DNA of 64,000 bases from an uncultured Gammaproteobacteria bacterium (GTDB lineage: Bacteria > Patescibacteriota > Patescibacteriia > 2-12-FULL-57-11): positions 84,509 through 148,508 of the forward strand of contig CAZYLV010000001.1 of NCBI GenBank assembly GCA_964648865.1. Direction: 5' to 3'. Under the pieces are notes generated by a model. That model ran no database searches. It was not told where the DNA came from and worked only from the letters and a program-made list of their open reading frames with translations. The position numbers and the translations under genes were made by a program. Shown here one piece after another: positions 1 to 9,050 of the stretch (positions are counted from its first letter, which is position 1; the number at the start of each line of letters is the position of its first letter).

Positions 1-170
1 TCGCCCCATGCCTTGCTCTCGACGAGCGCCACGGCCTTTTCCGCGATCTTATGGGCGTCGGGGCGCGCCTTCACCGGACGCGCCGGCTTGCCGCTGGCAG
101 TGCGAAGCTCGATGGTCCCGCTGCCGGTACGGACCGGGACCACGAAATCGTCTTTCGGCAAATCCGCCAT
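1..170 (-). CDS. hypothetical protein, N-terminal fragment (gene continues beyond window start)
   Basis: Minus-strand ATG at 170 (cat 168-170) gives MADLPKDDFVVPVRTGSGTIELRTASGKPARPVKARPDAHKIAEKAVALVESKAWGE, which runs off the window edge. It is too short for the ORF track. No domain recognised. Confidence 0.3.
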   Translation of the reverse strand, partial: MADLPKDDFVVPVRTGSGTIELRTASGKPARPVKARPDAHKIAEKAVALVESKAWG

Positions 171-194
171 ACCCGAGAAGTGTACACAAACCCT

Positions 195-222
195 TGACAA
201 AAGGGTCCTTTCATGCTATTGT
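195..222 (+). promoter_or_regulatory. sigma70-like promoter (TTGACA-N16-TATTGT)
   Basis: TTGACA at 195-200 and TATTGT at 217-222. GGAGGAG follows at 232-238, then GTG at 248. Confidence 0.5.
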
Positions 223-247
223 AGCGCGTTCTGGAGGAGACTGCGAC

Positions 248-766
248 GTGGTGTCGCCGTCCTCGCTCCGGACACTGGGGTCCCTGACAATGGCATACCG
301 AGCTTCCACCGTCGTCCCGGCCGGGCACCTGCTGTGCGACACACACGGCATCCAACCGGTCCGCATCACCCACGACGGGAAGGAGCGGTGCCGGGTCTGC
401 CGCAGGGCGGAGGTCGTGAAGACCTGCCCGACCTGCGAAAAAGAGGTCCTGGGGTGCTGCACCGAGTGTCCGGGCAGGATCAACCTGGTCCGGACGCCGA
501 GCCGCCTCGACGGCATCATGAGCGGCCTGCGCGGGTTCCTCACCTGGGCCCTCACGGGCCTGTGGTGCGCGGGGTTCCTCGCCGTCATGCTCGTCGCCTA
601 CGTCCTCTTCAAGCTGCCGTTCATCCTGGCGGCCTCGGAGGTCGAGGCGATGGGCCACCCGGCCCACGCGCTCGCCATCATCGGCGGTCCGACCGCCGTG
701 GTCCTGCTGCTGGTCGTCGGCGGCTGGGCCGTCTACGCCGCATCCGAGTGGCTCACGAAGGACTGA
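248..766 (+). CDS. small membrane protein with N-terminal Cys-rich zinc-ribbon-like region and C-terminal TM helices
   Basis: GGAGGAG SD lies 10 nt before GTG 248; an in-frame ATG is at 290. CxxH/CxxC pairs appear (CDTHG, CRVCRR, CPTCEK, CCTECPG). Two hydrophobic helices follow (FLTWALTGLWCAGFLAVMLVAYVLF and IIGGPTAVVLLLVVGGWAVYA). Confidence 0.6.
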   Translation: MVSPSSLRTLGSLTMAYRASTVVPAGHLLCDTHGIQPVRITHDGKERCRVCRRAEVVKTCPTCEKEVLGCCTECPGRINLVRTPSRLDGIMSGLRGFLTWALTGLWCAGFLAVMLVAYVLFKLPFILAASEVEAMGHPAHALAIIGGPTAVVLLLVVGGWAVYAASEWLTKD

Positions 767-780
767 CGCCTTCGCAAGCC

Positions 781-820
781 GCACACCCCCGAGGTCCGCA
801 CGCATCGCGCGTCGCGGACC
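781..820 (+). terminator. rho-independent terminator
   Basis: GAGGTCCGC...GCGGACCTC hairpin followed by TTTCTTTT, immediately after the stop at 766. Confidence 0.55.
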
Positions 821-836
821 TCTTTCTTTTCCGCGC

Positions 837-2114
837 TTACGCCGCGGCGCGCCGCAGCGGGCTCTTCCACGCGAAGCTGCCAAGGACCTCGTCGAAGACG
901 GCCACGTCCATGAGCGACTCGTCGCCGCGCCGGCGCAGGATGTTGGCCACCTGGAGCGCCTCGCGCGCAGCCTCGGCCTCGGGCAGCTTGAGGGTCTCCT
1001 GGAGCAGGACCTGCAGGAAGAGCTTCACGAACTGCGGCGAGCCCGGGAAGACCTTGAAGGTGTCGAGGTCCACGGTGCGCTTCTCCTTTTCCAGATACGC
1101 GCGGACGACGTCCGAGAGCTCGCGGACGGAGAACAGCTCCGCCATGTCCCCTACCGCGGCGTAGGCGCGCAGCGCGGCCACGACCTGCTCCCGCGGCGGC
1201 GCCTTCTTGCCGCCCGTGAGCGCGGTCACCAACGCCTGGCGCAGGCGCGGCGGATCCTTGGCGACGTCACTGATCTTGCCGAGGGCCTCCCGCAGCGTGG
1301 CGGCGTATGCCGGCGTATCGACATAGGCCTGCTTCATGCGCTCGGCGGTCTGCTGGGCGACGTCCTTGGAGAGCGCGTCCGTGAACCGGTTCAGGTCCTC
1401 GTCGGCGCCGAGATCGCGGATGTCCCCTTCCGAGAACTCGCCGAGCCGACCATCACCCTCCACCAGCCTCCCACCCTCGTACCCGGCCATCTCCTCGGAC
1501 GACTTGCGGGTCATCTCCAGGACCGTGAACAGCCGCCGCAGGAAGGCCTTGTCCTCGGCGCTCTGGCGGGCGAAGTCGCTCTCCGTCCAGAAGCGGGCCT
1601 GCAGCAACGGCTCATCGACATCCGACCCCATGAAGGACAGGTACTCGGTCACCCAATTGCCGATGGTGCCCTGGCGCTCCAGCTTGTTGGCCACGGCGGC
1701 GAACGGTGGGGTCGCCGTCTCCTTGTTCTGGGTGAGGGCGTCGCGGATCCGGGCCTTGTACTCGTTACGCGCGCCGACGTCGAAGGACAACAGGTGGTCG
1801 CGCAACGCCAGCGTGAGGTCGAAGTCCGGCATCTGCTTGAGCACGGCCAGGCGCGTCCGGAACATGTCCATGACGTCCTTGTCGTCCTTGAGGACCGGCA
1901 GGGCCACCCACTGCGCCTTGCGGTACAGCGCGTCGTACTCCTTGGCGAAGTCCGGTTGCTCGAGCGCGAAGGTCGGGTTCTCGCGCAGGAAGATCTCATA
2001 GAACAGGCAGAACTCGTCGGCGTCCGCCACTTGGTTGGCCAAGAGGGCCTGCTCGACGCCCGATTTGGCCTGGGCGAGCGCTTCCGGGGTGTTGAGGGGG
2101 TAGGTGTACGCCAT
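837..2114 (-). CDS. hypothetical cytoplasmic protein (425 aa)
   Basis: Long clean ORF in the dominant minus-strand codon-usage frame. It abuts the stop of the upstream 914-aa gene at 2118. No motif recognised. Confidence 0.6.
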   Translation of the reverse strand: MAYTYPLNTPEALAQAKSGVEQALLANQVADADEFCLFYEIFLRENPTFALEQPDFAKEYDALYRKAQWVALPVLKDDKDVMDMFRTRLAVLKQMPDFDLTLALRDHLLSFDVGARNEYKARIRDALTQNKETATPPFAAVANKLERQGTIGNWVTEYLSFMGSDVDEPLLQARFWTESDFARQSAEDKAFLRRLFTVLEMTRKSSEEMAGYEGGRLVEGDGRLGEFSEGDIRDLGADEDLNRFTDALSKDVAQQTAERMKQAYVDTPAYAATLREALGKISDVAKDPPRLRQALVTALTGGKKAPPREQVVAALRAYAAVGDMAELFSVRELSDVVRAYLEKEKRTVDLDTFKVFPGSPQFVKLFLQVLLQETLKLPEAEAAREALQVANILRRRGDESLMDVAVFDEVLGSFAWKSPLRRAAA

Positions 2115-2117
2115 AGG

Positions 2118-4862
2118 TCAGGCGGTGCGCGATTCCCGGAGCGCCGCGACGAACTCGCTGAGCGAGGGACCCTGTGCCTCGCCGGCCTTCTGGTCGACGG
2201 CCTGCTTGAGGTCGGCGCGGATCTTCTCGGCGATGGCCTCCCCGCCGGGGTTCCTGGAGGCGACGTCAGCCATCTTTTCGATGCTCCTGCTGAGCACGGC
2301 GAGGTCCTCGGCGCTGACGCGGTTCTTCTTGATGGCGTCGACGAGCTTATCGACGTTTCCGGGCCGGCCGAGGGCGTACATCCCGGCCCGGTCGGCATTG
2401 AGCAAACCGTCGGCCCCCTTGCCGCCCAAGGAGCTGACGATGCCTTCCTTGATGGCGTCGCCGAACTTCTTGCTGAGGTTGTCGGCGCGGGACTTGGCGT
2501 ACTCCACGTCGCTCACGAAGCTCTTGGTACCGGCCGCGCCGACCTTGGTCATGTTGCTGTAGCGGTAGTCCTTGTTGCGGTTCTCGGCGGAGACGGTGTC
2601 CATGACGTCCAGCATCTGGCCCTGGGAGACGCCGGCGCTGCCCTTGAGGAAGTCGCCGAGCTTCTGGAAATCCTCGCGGGCGTTGCCGGACAGCTGGACG
2701 CCCACGGCCTTGCCGAAGTCGTCGGCCACGCCGTCGGCGAAGGCCTTCTTGAAGACCCGCACCATGGCGTCCGGATCGCCCTGCTTCTGTGCCACCTGGT
2801 ACATGCCTGCGAGCTCGTCGCCGGAGAGCCGATGCTTGGCGAGCTCCGGCGGCAGGCGGCCGCCCAAGGCGCGCGAGGAGACCGCCATCTGCTCGTAGCG
2901 CTTGGCGCTCTCGGTGACCCCTTTGACGAGCGGTGCGAGCCGGGTGAGCTCCTCCTCGGCACCGTCGATCTCCTGCTCGGCGCGGGCGCGGCGCTCGGCC
3001 TGCGCCTCGCCGTGCTCTTCCTGCGCCCGGTTGAAGCGGCCGACAAGGCTCTCCCCCGCGCCGGCAGCGGCGAGCGCGGCGACCGCCTCGGCCGTGATCG
3101 GCTGGTTGTTCTCCGCGGCGGCCAGCGCATTCGCCAGGGCCTCGGCCTTCTGCTCCCCTTCCCGTCGCGCAAGCGGAGTGCCGCCTTGCTGCGAAAGGCG
3201 CGTCGCTGCCTCGAACTCGTTGGTGAGGCCGAGCCGGAGGTCCTCGGTCATGGCCAATCCTGCGAACTCCGCTTCGGACGCCTGGACCTCGGCGCGCGCC
3301 GCCGCCAAACGCGCCTGTTGGGCCTTCTGCTGGTCCTGGAGTCCGCCGAGCTCGCCGCGTCGCTCGGCGGCGCGCTTGGCGTAGAGCTCGGGGCCGCTGC
3401 TCTCGACCCACTCCTTCCAGTTGCGCGCGTTGTGGAGGCTCTTGATCCCTCCGATGGGTGAGACCGCGGCGAGCGCGGCGGACTTGATGAGACCCTCCTT
3501 GGCGGCGAGCTCCGGCGCGCCGAAGAAACGGTTGAAGCTCGCCGCGGCGCCGCCCCGCGCGATGCGCGATTGGATGGTCGACTGCGAGCGTTCCTGCGCC
3601 GCAGCGACGCGTGCGTCCATGCCCTTGCGCCAGCCGGTGGTGTAGTGCCCGAATCCGGGGACGTGGAATCCGGTGCGCCGGGCGAAGTTGGCCTCGGCGA
3701 TCTTGGCGTAGGAGCCGGCGGTGTAGAGCGCGCCGCGACCGACGGCCCGGGCGGGTTTGCGGAAGGCGTCCACGCCGCGCTCCTGGAACCATCGGGCGGA
3801 GCCTGCCATCATGCCGCCGCCCATCACTCCGAGCTGCGAGGTCATCGTCATGCCGCCCATGAGCAGCGCGATGGCGATGATGAAGGAGGCGAACTCCTGC
3901 TGCGACCCGAGCTCCGAGACGAACAGCGAGGTCCCCTCGCCCTCGGTGCCGGCCGCACCGCTGGCGGCGACATTGAGGTCGGCGGCGATGTCGCCCGCCC
4001 CGGCGACGGCCAACGACAACCACAGGAAGAAGGCCACGAACGGGCCGACGACGACGTAATTGCCGAACATCTTCCACCACTGCGCATAGGCACCGGCGGC
4101 CGCGCCCTTGGGGAAGGCCGAGAGGAAGAAGGCCAGCGGCGAGAGCACCACGAGGAGCCACAGCATGACGATGCGGCCGATGAGGATGAGCATCATGATG
4201 GCCACCGCCACCGAGGCGATCAGCATCATCACCGCCGCGAGCACCAGCGAGCCGACGGTCGACCAGGTCTGGGTCCGGGCGTCGACAGCCGCCTCGGCGC
4301 GCTCACCGATGAGTTCCCAGGCGCCGGACACCTGGAACATCTGGACGAAGTTGCCGCCGGCGATGGCCGAGAAGCCGTTGACGAACGTCAGCATCACGAC
4401 CTGCGAGAAGTCGATGAGGAGGCCGCAGATGACCTTGGAGAAGTTGATGAGCACGGCCATGATCAAGAGCCGCGGCAGCATCCGCTTGTAGCTGTACTCC
4501 TCCACCCCGAGGATGGTGCCGAAGGCGATGACCAGCATCACCAGGATGAAGAACATGTTGGTCAGGTCGCGGACGATCACCCAGCCGCGCTCGACCGCCT
4601 CCGCGGTGGCGAACCCGTTGTAGGCGGCGATGTCGACCAGCAGCTCGACGAGGAACGTCAACAGCTGGGTGAAGACCCAACCGAAGAACTCGGCGATGGC
4701 GCCGACCATCTGCGCGAGACCGCTTTCCAGGCCGGTCAACTCCTCGGCATGCGCCACGCCGCCCACGGACAACCCGAGGGTGACGCAGCCCAACAGCACG
4801 GGCAGGCGCCAGCTGGGCCCGGTCACGAGCCATGCCGCGATGCGGGAAAATGCGGTGCGCAT
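2118..4862 (-). CDS. large polytopic membrane protein with signal peptide and C-terminal charged/coiled-coil domain (possibly TrbL/VirB6-like)
   Basis: N-terminal signal-like segment ending AHAEE. At least six hydrophobic helices sit in the first ~330 aa. A ~550-aa Ala/Glu/Arg/Lys/Gln-rich extension follows. TATATA on the minus strand lies ~15 nt upstream of the ATG. Confidence 0.65.
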   Translation of the reverse strand: MRTAFSRIAAWLVTGPSWRLPVLLGCVTLGLSVGGVAHAEELTGLESGLAQMVGAIAEFFGWVFTQLLTFLVELLVDIAAYNGFATAEAVERGWVIVRDLTNMFFILVMLVIAFGTILGVEEYSYKRMLPRLLIMAVLINFSKVICGLLIDFSQVVMLTFVNGFSAIAGGNFVQMFQVSGAWELIGERAEAAVDARTQTWSTVGSLVLAAVMMLIASVAVAIMMLILIGRIVMLWLLVVLSPLAFFLSAFPKGAAAGAYAQWWKMFGNYVVVGPFVAFFLWLSLAVAGAGDIAADLNVAASGAAGTEGEGTSLFVSELGSQQEFASFIIAIALLMGGMTMTSQLGVMGGGMMAGSARWFQERGVDAFRKPARAVGRGALYTAGSYAKIAEANFARRTGFHVPGFGHYTTGWRKGMDARVAAAQERSQSTIQSRIARGGAAASFNRFFGAPELAAKEGLIKSAALAAVSPIGGIKSLHNARNWKEWVESSGPELYAKRAAERRGELGGLQDQQKAQQARLAAARAEVQASEAEFAGLAMTEDLRLGLTNEFEAATRLSQQGGTPLARREGEQKAEALANALAAAENNQPITAEAVAALAAAGAGESLVGRFNRAQEEHGEAQAERRARAEQEIDGAEEELTRLAPLVKGVTESAKRYEQMAVSSRALGGRLPPELAKHRLSGDELAGMYQVAQKQGDPDAMVRVFKKAFADGVADDFGKAVGVQLSGNAREDFQKLGDFLKGSAGVSQGQMLDVMDTVSAENRNKDYRYSNMTKVGAAGTKSFVSDVEYAKSRADNLSKKFGDAIKEGIVSSLGGKGADGLLNADRAGMYALGRPGNVDKLVDAIKKNRVSAEDLAVLSRSIEKMADVASRNPGGEAIAEKIRADLKQAVDQKAGEAQGPSLSEFVAALRESRTA

Positions 4863-4892
4863 GGGGAGGAAATCAGCATCAGTATATAGAAG

Positions 4893-4935
4893 AAAAAAGC
4901 CCCGTACCAGTCGAGCCGAGCTCGATGGACGGGGC
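4893..4935 (-). terminator. rho-independent terminator downstream of the M23 peptidase gene
   Basis: Imperfect long hairpin gccccgtacc...tcgagccgagctcga...ggacggggc. It is followed on the minus strand by TTTTTTCTTC. Confidence 0.5.
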
Positions 4936-4945
4936 GGCCGGGGCG

Positions 4946-4965
4946 CCTGCCTGCCGGCAGGCAGG
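4946..4965. repeat. perfect 20-nt palindrome CCTGCCTGCCGGCAGGCAGG
   Basis: Read directly. It is a loop-less inverted repeat in the intergenic region between the M23 gene stop and the terminator. Confidence 0.4.
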
Positions 4966-5001
4966 GGTGATGAGCCCTCCGGCCAGCGTGCGCCTGGGGC
5001 A

Positions 5002-6921
5002 TCAGGGACACGCGCCGACGCAGAACCTGAGGTTGCAGCCGATCCCGTCCGCGATGGACGGATCGTGCCAGGCGAAGATGGTCGCGGGGAGGCCGTCCAC
5101 CCAGACCTCGGGCAGGCCGTACGGCAGCGTGAAGGTGCCGAGCGGCCACTCCTCGCACATCCAACGATCTCCGGGGAACTCGCCGTTCATCCGGTACCAT
5201 CCGTCCCCGACGCCGCTCCATGCGCGATCGACCGTCCCCGCGCTCGGCGCAAACCAGCTCGGGATGAGGTCGCCGGTGAAGGTCCAGCTGCCGGCGTATC
5301 CGGAGAACCGGATACGCACGGCATGCCCGCTCGGCGGCGGAGGCGGAGGGGGTGCACAGGCGCCGTCTTCGTCCACGAGACCGTCGCAGTCGTCGTCGAA
5401 GCCGTTGCAGGCCTCCGCGACGGGGGTGCACGTCGGCGGCGGAGGTGCACCGGCATCGGGCACGGGCATTCCGGCGTCGGAGGACGGAAGCGGGACTCCC
5501 GCGTCGCCCGGCGCGGACATGCCGGCGTCAGGCGACGAGGAGGGGGACGCGCCACCGAACCCTCCGAACACGCCCGACAGATCGTCGGGTACGCGCGGCG
5601 GCGGGACGGCGCCGGCGCAACCGACGAGATCCTCCCAGACGAGCGCAGGCAGGTCCGGATCCTGGCCGCGGGTCAGCGCGTCGATGCTGCCGGAAGGCGC
5701 TTCGAGCACGTCGTCCGGGGCGAAGCCGAGCGCCCAGAGCATCTCCGGACGCGCGGCGTAGGCGTGCCCGCCGTGCATCACGTACCAATACCGGGCGCCA
5801 TCGCGGGCGATGGTCCCGTCACGCAGATACAGACTGGCTTCCTGGAGCGGCCAACCGCAGCCCTCATGCCCCTCAACGACTTCCGACTCACGGAAGCCCC
5901 AGGAGGCGAGGAGCGTGCGGAAGAGCGCACCACCCTGGGTCCCGGGAACCCACCAGCGACGCCGGTCGCCCCGGTCGTCGACGGCCAGGTAGTGGCCGCC
6001 GTCGCCGCAACGGGTGACGCGCATGGTCACCGGCCACGTGAAGGTCGGCCCGAAGATGGCGCAGGAGAATTCCTCCTCGCCGATGGTCACCACCAGCCCG
6101 AACGGGTCCGCGAAGTCGCGGAACAGGCGCCGCGAACGCAGGTCATCCTCCGTCCGCAGCCAGCGCAGCCGACCGTCGTCATCCACCAGAAAAATCTCGG
6201 GGCGACCCACGCGCTTGACGAGGGTCCCCGGCGGATGCCGTGCGAAGCCGACGTTGTCGCTGCGCAAGCGCACGCCCTCGTGGCCGACCAGGTACCAATA
6301 TCCGGAAATCGGCTCGGGAAGGACGCCCATGCCGTCGCACATCGTCTTGAAGTGGACGTGCAATCCCGGATGCGCAGGGCAGGAGGACCCGAAGACCGTG
6401 CCGGTGTTGCCTTCGTGGCAGATGAGTTGGCCCTGGTGCACCCACTGCCCGTCCGCGACCACGACCTCGTCGCAATGCGCATAGTGCGTCTCGCAGCCGT
6501 TACCGTGGTCGATGAGCAGGTTATTGCCGTAGCCGTGGTCGCCGTTGAAGAAGACCACCCCCGAAGCCGCGGCGAGCACCGGCGCGCGCCAGGAGGAACA
6601 GCCTTCGCCCGCGAAATCGAGGGCGAAACGGTCGTCCATGTGCGGCATGCCGTAGTCGACATGGGTGCCGACCTCGTAGCCGCGCGTCAGGATACGCTCC
6701 TCGCCTGCCGGGAACGGCAGGCGCAAGCGCAGCCCGTAGGAACCTGCGGAGCGGACCGTACCGCCCGTGCCCGGCCCTCCGGTGCCGGGACCGCCGGTGG
6801 GGGGTGCGTGCATCCCGGCATCGTGCTCCGGGAGCGACGGCACCTCGCCATCGGCTTCCGGCAGCCGGATGCAGCCGGACACGCTGAAGGTGAACATGCA
6901 CAGTAGACTGATGGACCGCAT
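5002..6921 (-). CDS. M23 family metallopeptidase lipoprotein with C-terminal MopE-type Cys-rich metal-binding motif
   Basis: Signal peptide with lipobox (FSVSGC). M23 signatures are HVDYGMP...DFAG, GYGNNLLIDHGNG.ETHYAH and HPGLHVHF. C-terminal CNGFDDDCDGLVDEDGAC. GAGGAG SD 7 nt upstream of the ATG. Confidence 0.8.
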   Translation of the reverse strand: MRSISLLCMFTFSVSGCIRLPEADGEVPSLPEHDAGMHAPPTGGPGTGGPGTGGTVRSAGSYGLRLRLPFPAGEERILTRGYEVGTHVDYGMPHMDDRFALDFAGEGCSSWRAPVLAAASGVVFFNGDHGYGNNLLIDHGNGCETHYAHCDEVVVADGQWVHQGQLICHEGNTGTVFGSSCPAHPGLHVHFKTMCDGMGVLPEPISGYWYLVGHEGVRLRSDNVGFARHPPGTLVKRVGRPEIFLVDDDGRLRWLRTEDDLRSRRLFRDFADPFGLVVTIGEEEFSCAIFGPTFTWPVTMRVTRCGDGGHYLAVDDRGDRRRWWVPGTQGGALFRTLLASWGFRESEVVEGHEGCGWPLQEASLYLRDGTIARDGARYWYVMHGGHAYAARPEMLWALGFAPDDVLEAPSGSIDALTRGQDPDLPALVWEDLVGCAGAVPPPRVPDDLSGVFGGFGGASPSSSPDAGMSAPGDAGVPLPSSDAGMPVPDAGAPPPPTCTPVAEACNGFDDDCDGLVDEDGACAPPPPPPPSGHAVRIRFSGYAGSWTFTGDLIPSWFAPSAGTVDRAWSGVGDGWYRMNGEFPGDRWMCEEWPLGTFTLPYGLPEVWVDGLPATIFAWHDPSIADGIGCNLRFCVGACP

Positions 6922-7004
6922 GACGTGACTCCTCGATTGTTCAGGAACGGAGGGTTCTCTCCCCCGACGGAGGGTGCGCCGCTCTGCCGGAGGGAAAACG
7001 GATG

Positions 7005-7976
7005 TCAGCGGACGCTGCGGACGAGCGCCTCGACGTCGGAACGGATGTCCTGGTCGGCGCTGGCATTCACCATGAGGGTGGCGTACTGCGGATTGGCACG
7101 GGCGGGGAAGAGATAGGAGACCATGCGGACGTCCCCTCCATACCGGGAGGCATCGTGCGTCATGCGATAGATGCCGTCGGCGATCGGCTCCCAGGAGACG
7201 ATCCTGAAGGGTTGCGCCAAGGCCATGGCCGCGGTCTGAGCGGACGAGAAGTCGGCGGACCCCGGTCGCACCGTGAAATACATCGGCGTGCCCTCACCGA
7301 CACCTTCACTGTAGTCGACGGAAGCTGCGGTGAGGGACACGCGCTCCTCGTCCGTGAATCCCAGCGTCACCCGCTTGCCGGCATCGATGCCGACAAGCTC
7401 CCGTGACACGCGCACGTCGCCCCATCGTACCGGGTAATCGAACGAGAGCCCCACGTCCGCATCCGTGTACGTCTTCGTGGCGGAGGGCGCGCACTCGATG
7501 CAGTCCTCCTGCTCGATACGCGTTGCGATGTCCGAGACCCTGAGCAGCTCGGCGACCGGCACCGGACGGCGGAGCGTATAGCGCACGCAGGGCGCGCGCC
7601 CGTCCTCGCAGCGGTAGCCGATGCGCTCAAGCACCTCGCGGTCGGCGTCGGTCGCATCGGCGGACAGGACGACGCGCGAGGCAGCGATGTACATCGCCTC
7701 CTCTCCCCCGAAAAGCGCATCGAGCCGCGATGTCCCGCACTGGTGGGCGGTCAGCAACGCGCCGACGGTCTTGAGATGCGAGAACCGCTGCGCGACCGGC
7801 AACGTCTCGGCATCATCCGCGACGGCCACGCCGCACGCCTCGGCGTCCGAATAGACGTCCGCCTGGGACGACACTTCTGAAACGGGTGTCGACGGCTGCT
7901 CCGCGACGGGATTCACGCACCCGGCTCCGGCGAGCAGCAGGGCGGTTGCCAGACCGAGGACTGTTCGACGCTCCAT
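7005..7976 (-). CDS. hypothetical lipoprotein
   Basis: N-terminus MERRTVLGLATALLLAGAGC has a signal peptide and lipobox. No other motif recognised. Confidence 0.55.
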   Translation of the reverse strand: MERRTVLGLATALLLAGAGCVNPVAEQPSTPVSEVSSQADVYSDAEACGVAVADDAETLPVAQRFSHLKTVGALLTAHQCGTSRLDALFGGEEAMYIAASRVVLSADATDADREVLERIGYRCEDGRAPCVRYTLRRPVPVAELLRVSDIATRIEQEDCIECAPSATKTYTDADVGLSFDYPVRWGDVRVSRELVGIDAGKRVTLGFTDEERVSLTAASVDYSEGVGEGTPMYFTVRPGSADFSSAQTAAMALAQPFRIVSWEPIADGIYRMTHDASRYGGDVRMVSYLFPARANPQYATLMVNASADQDIRSDVEALVRSVR

Positions 7977-8569
7977 ACGAAGGGGTCAAGGCGTAAGATC
8001 CTGGCGTATCACGACTGCCGTACGCCTGCAAGCCCACGATGCCCCGGCGGCAGGTCTGGGAGCGGAACGGTCGAAACACCCCAGGACTGCCGCCGGTCCT
8101 TGCCGTAAGGCCGGAGCGCGGTCCCGCCGACCGCCGAGGTTGCCCGCCGCGGCACCCATCCATGGGCGCAAGCGCGGTGTGGGCGCTCGTGCGGAGCGAG
8201 GCTGCATCGCTCGCAGGAAACGGCACCGTGTCCAGTACGTCCGGGCAGGCGGATGGCGGTCCGCGGGAGGTACGTTCTCCGTCGCAAGCGACGGTCTCCC
8301 CTCCTCGCGGCATCCCTCCGGTGGTCGCACCTGTCACCCGAGGGAATCCGCCGCGCCTGCTTCTGTATCCAGCGTACGTCCCTCGCGCAGAGCGTCAATG
8401 CGCGCCCGAGTGTACACCGCCGCTGGACACGAACTGTCCCGCCGAGCGACCGACGGAGCGCCTGCAGTTAGCCTTGTCTGTGCACTTTTCGCCGATTCTA
8501 TCCACAGGAAAAACGGGTCGAGCGAAAAAAGTTTATCCCCAGGAGGAGTTGTGATAGGGTGGCCGCGAT

Positions 8570-9022
8570 ATGGAACCCTGCATCTTCTGCGCCATCATTG
8601 CGGGTAAAGCGCCCGCACATCGCATCTGGGAAGACGACCGTCACCTGGCGTTCCTCTCGATTTTCCCGAACACGCCCGGCTTCAGCGTCGTCATCACCAA
8701 AGAACACCAGCCGAGCTATGTCTTCGATCTCGCGGACGACGTGTTCCTCGCGCTCATCCGTGCTGCCCGGACCGTCGGAAAGCTGCTCGACGCCCGACTC
8801 GAGGATGTGGGCCGCACCGGCATGATCGCCGAGGGGTTCGGCGTCGACCATGCGCACATCAAGCTCTTCCCGATGCACGGCACGAAGATGAAGGACTGGC
8901 GGCCCATCACATCAGACGTCGACAAGTACTTCGAACGGTACGAGGGCTACATCTCCTCCCACGACCATAAACGCGCCGACGACGCGGAACTGGAACGGTT
9001 GGCGAAGAGGATCCGCGGATAA
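8570..9022 (+). CDS. HIT family (histidine triad) hydrolase
   Basis: Histidine triad HAHIKLFP. Overall HINT-like sequence (CIFCAII..., FPNTPGFSVVITKEH). Confidence 0.85.
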   Translation: MEPCIFCAIIAGKAPAHRIWEDDRHLAFLSIFPNTPGFSVVITKEHQPSYVFDLADDVFLALIRAARTVGKLLDARLEDVGRTGMIAEGFGVDHAHIKLFPMHGTKMKDWRPITSDVDKYFERYEGYISSHDHKRADDAELERLAKRIRG

Positions 9023-9044
9023 AAAAACCGACCCGGAGGTCGGT
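9021..9044. terminator. bidirectional rho-independent terminator between convergent genes
   Basis: AAAAAAA-ACCGACC-cgga-GGTCGGT. A T-run is present on the minus strand and an A-tract on the plus strand. Confidence 0.5.
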
Positions 9045-9050
9045 GCCGCG

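Noticed and set aside
4630-6906. 758-aa plus-strand ORF
   Set aside because: It is antisense to the M23 peptidase gene. Its Arg/Gly/Ala-rich low-complexity translation is typical of the wrong frame in GC-rich DNA.
7977-8569. RNase P RNA, tmRNA, SRP RNA or 6S RNA in the long intergenic region
   Set aside because: I looked for GGAAAGUCCGGGCUCC, ACAGAACCCGGCUUA, the tmRNA tag-template and 3' CCA context, and the SRP domain IV GGAAGCAGC motif. None was found on either strand. It is kept only as an unassigned candidate.
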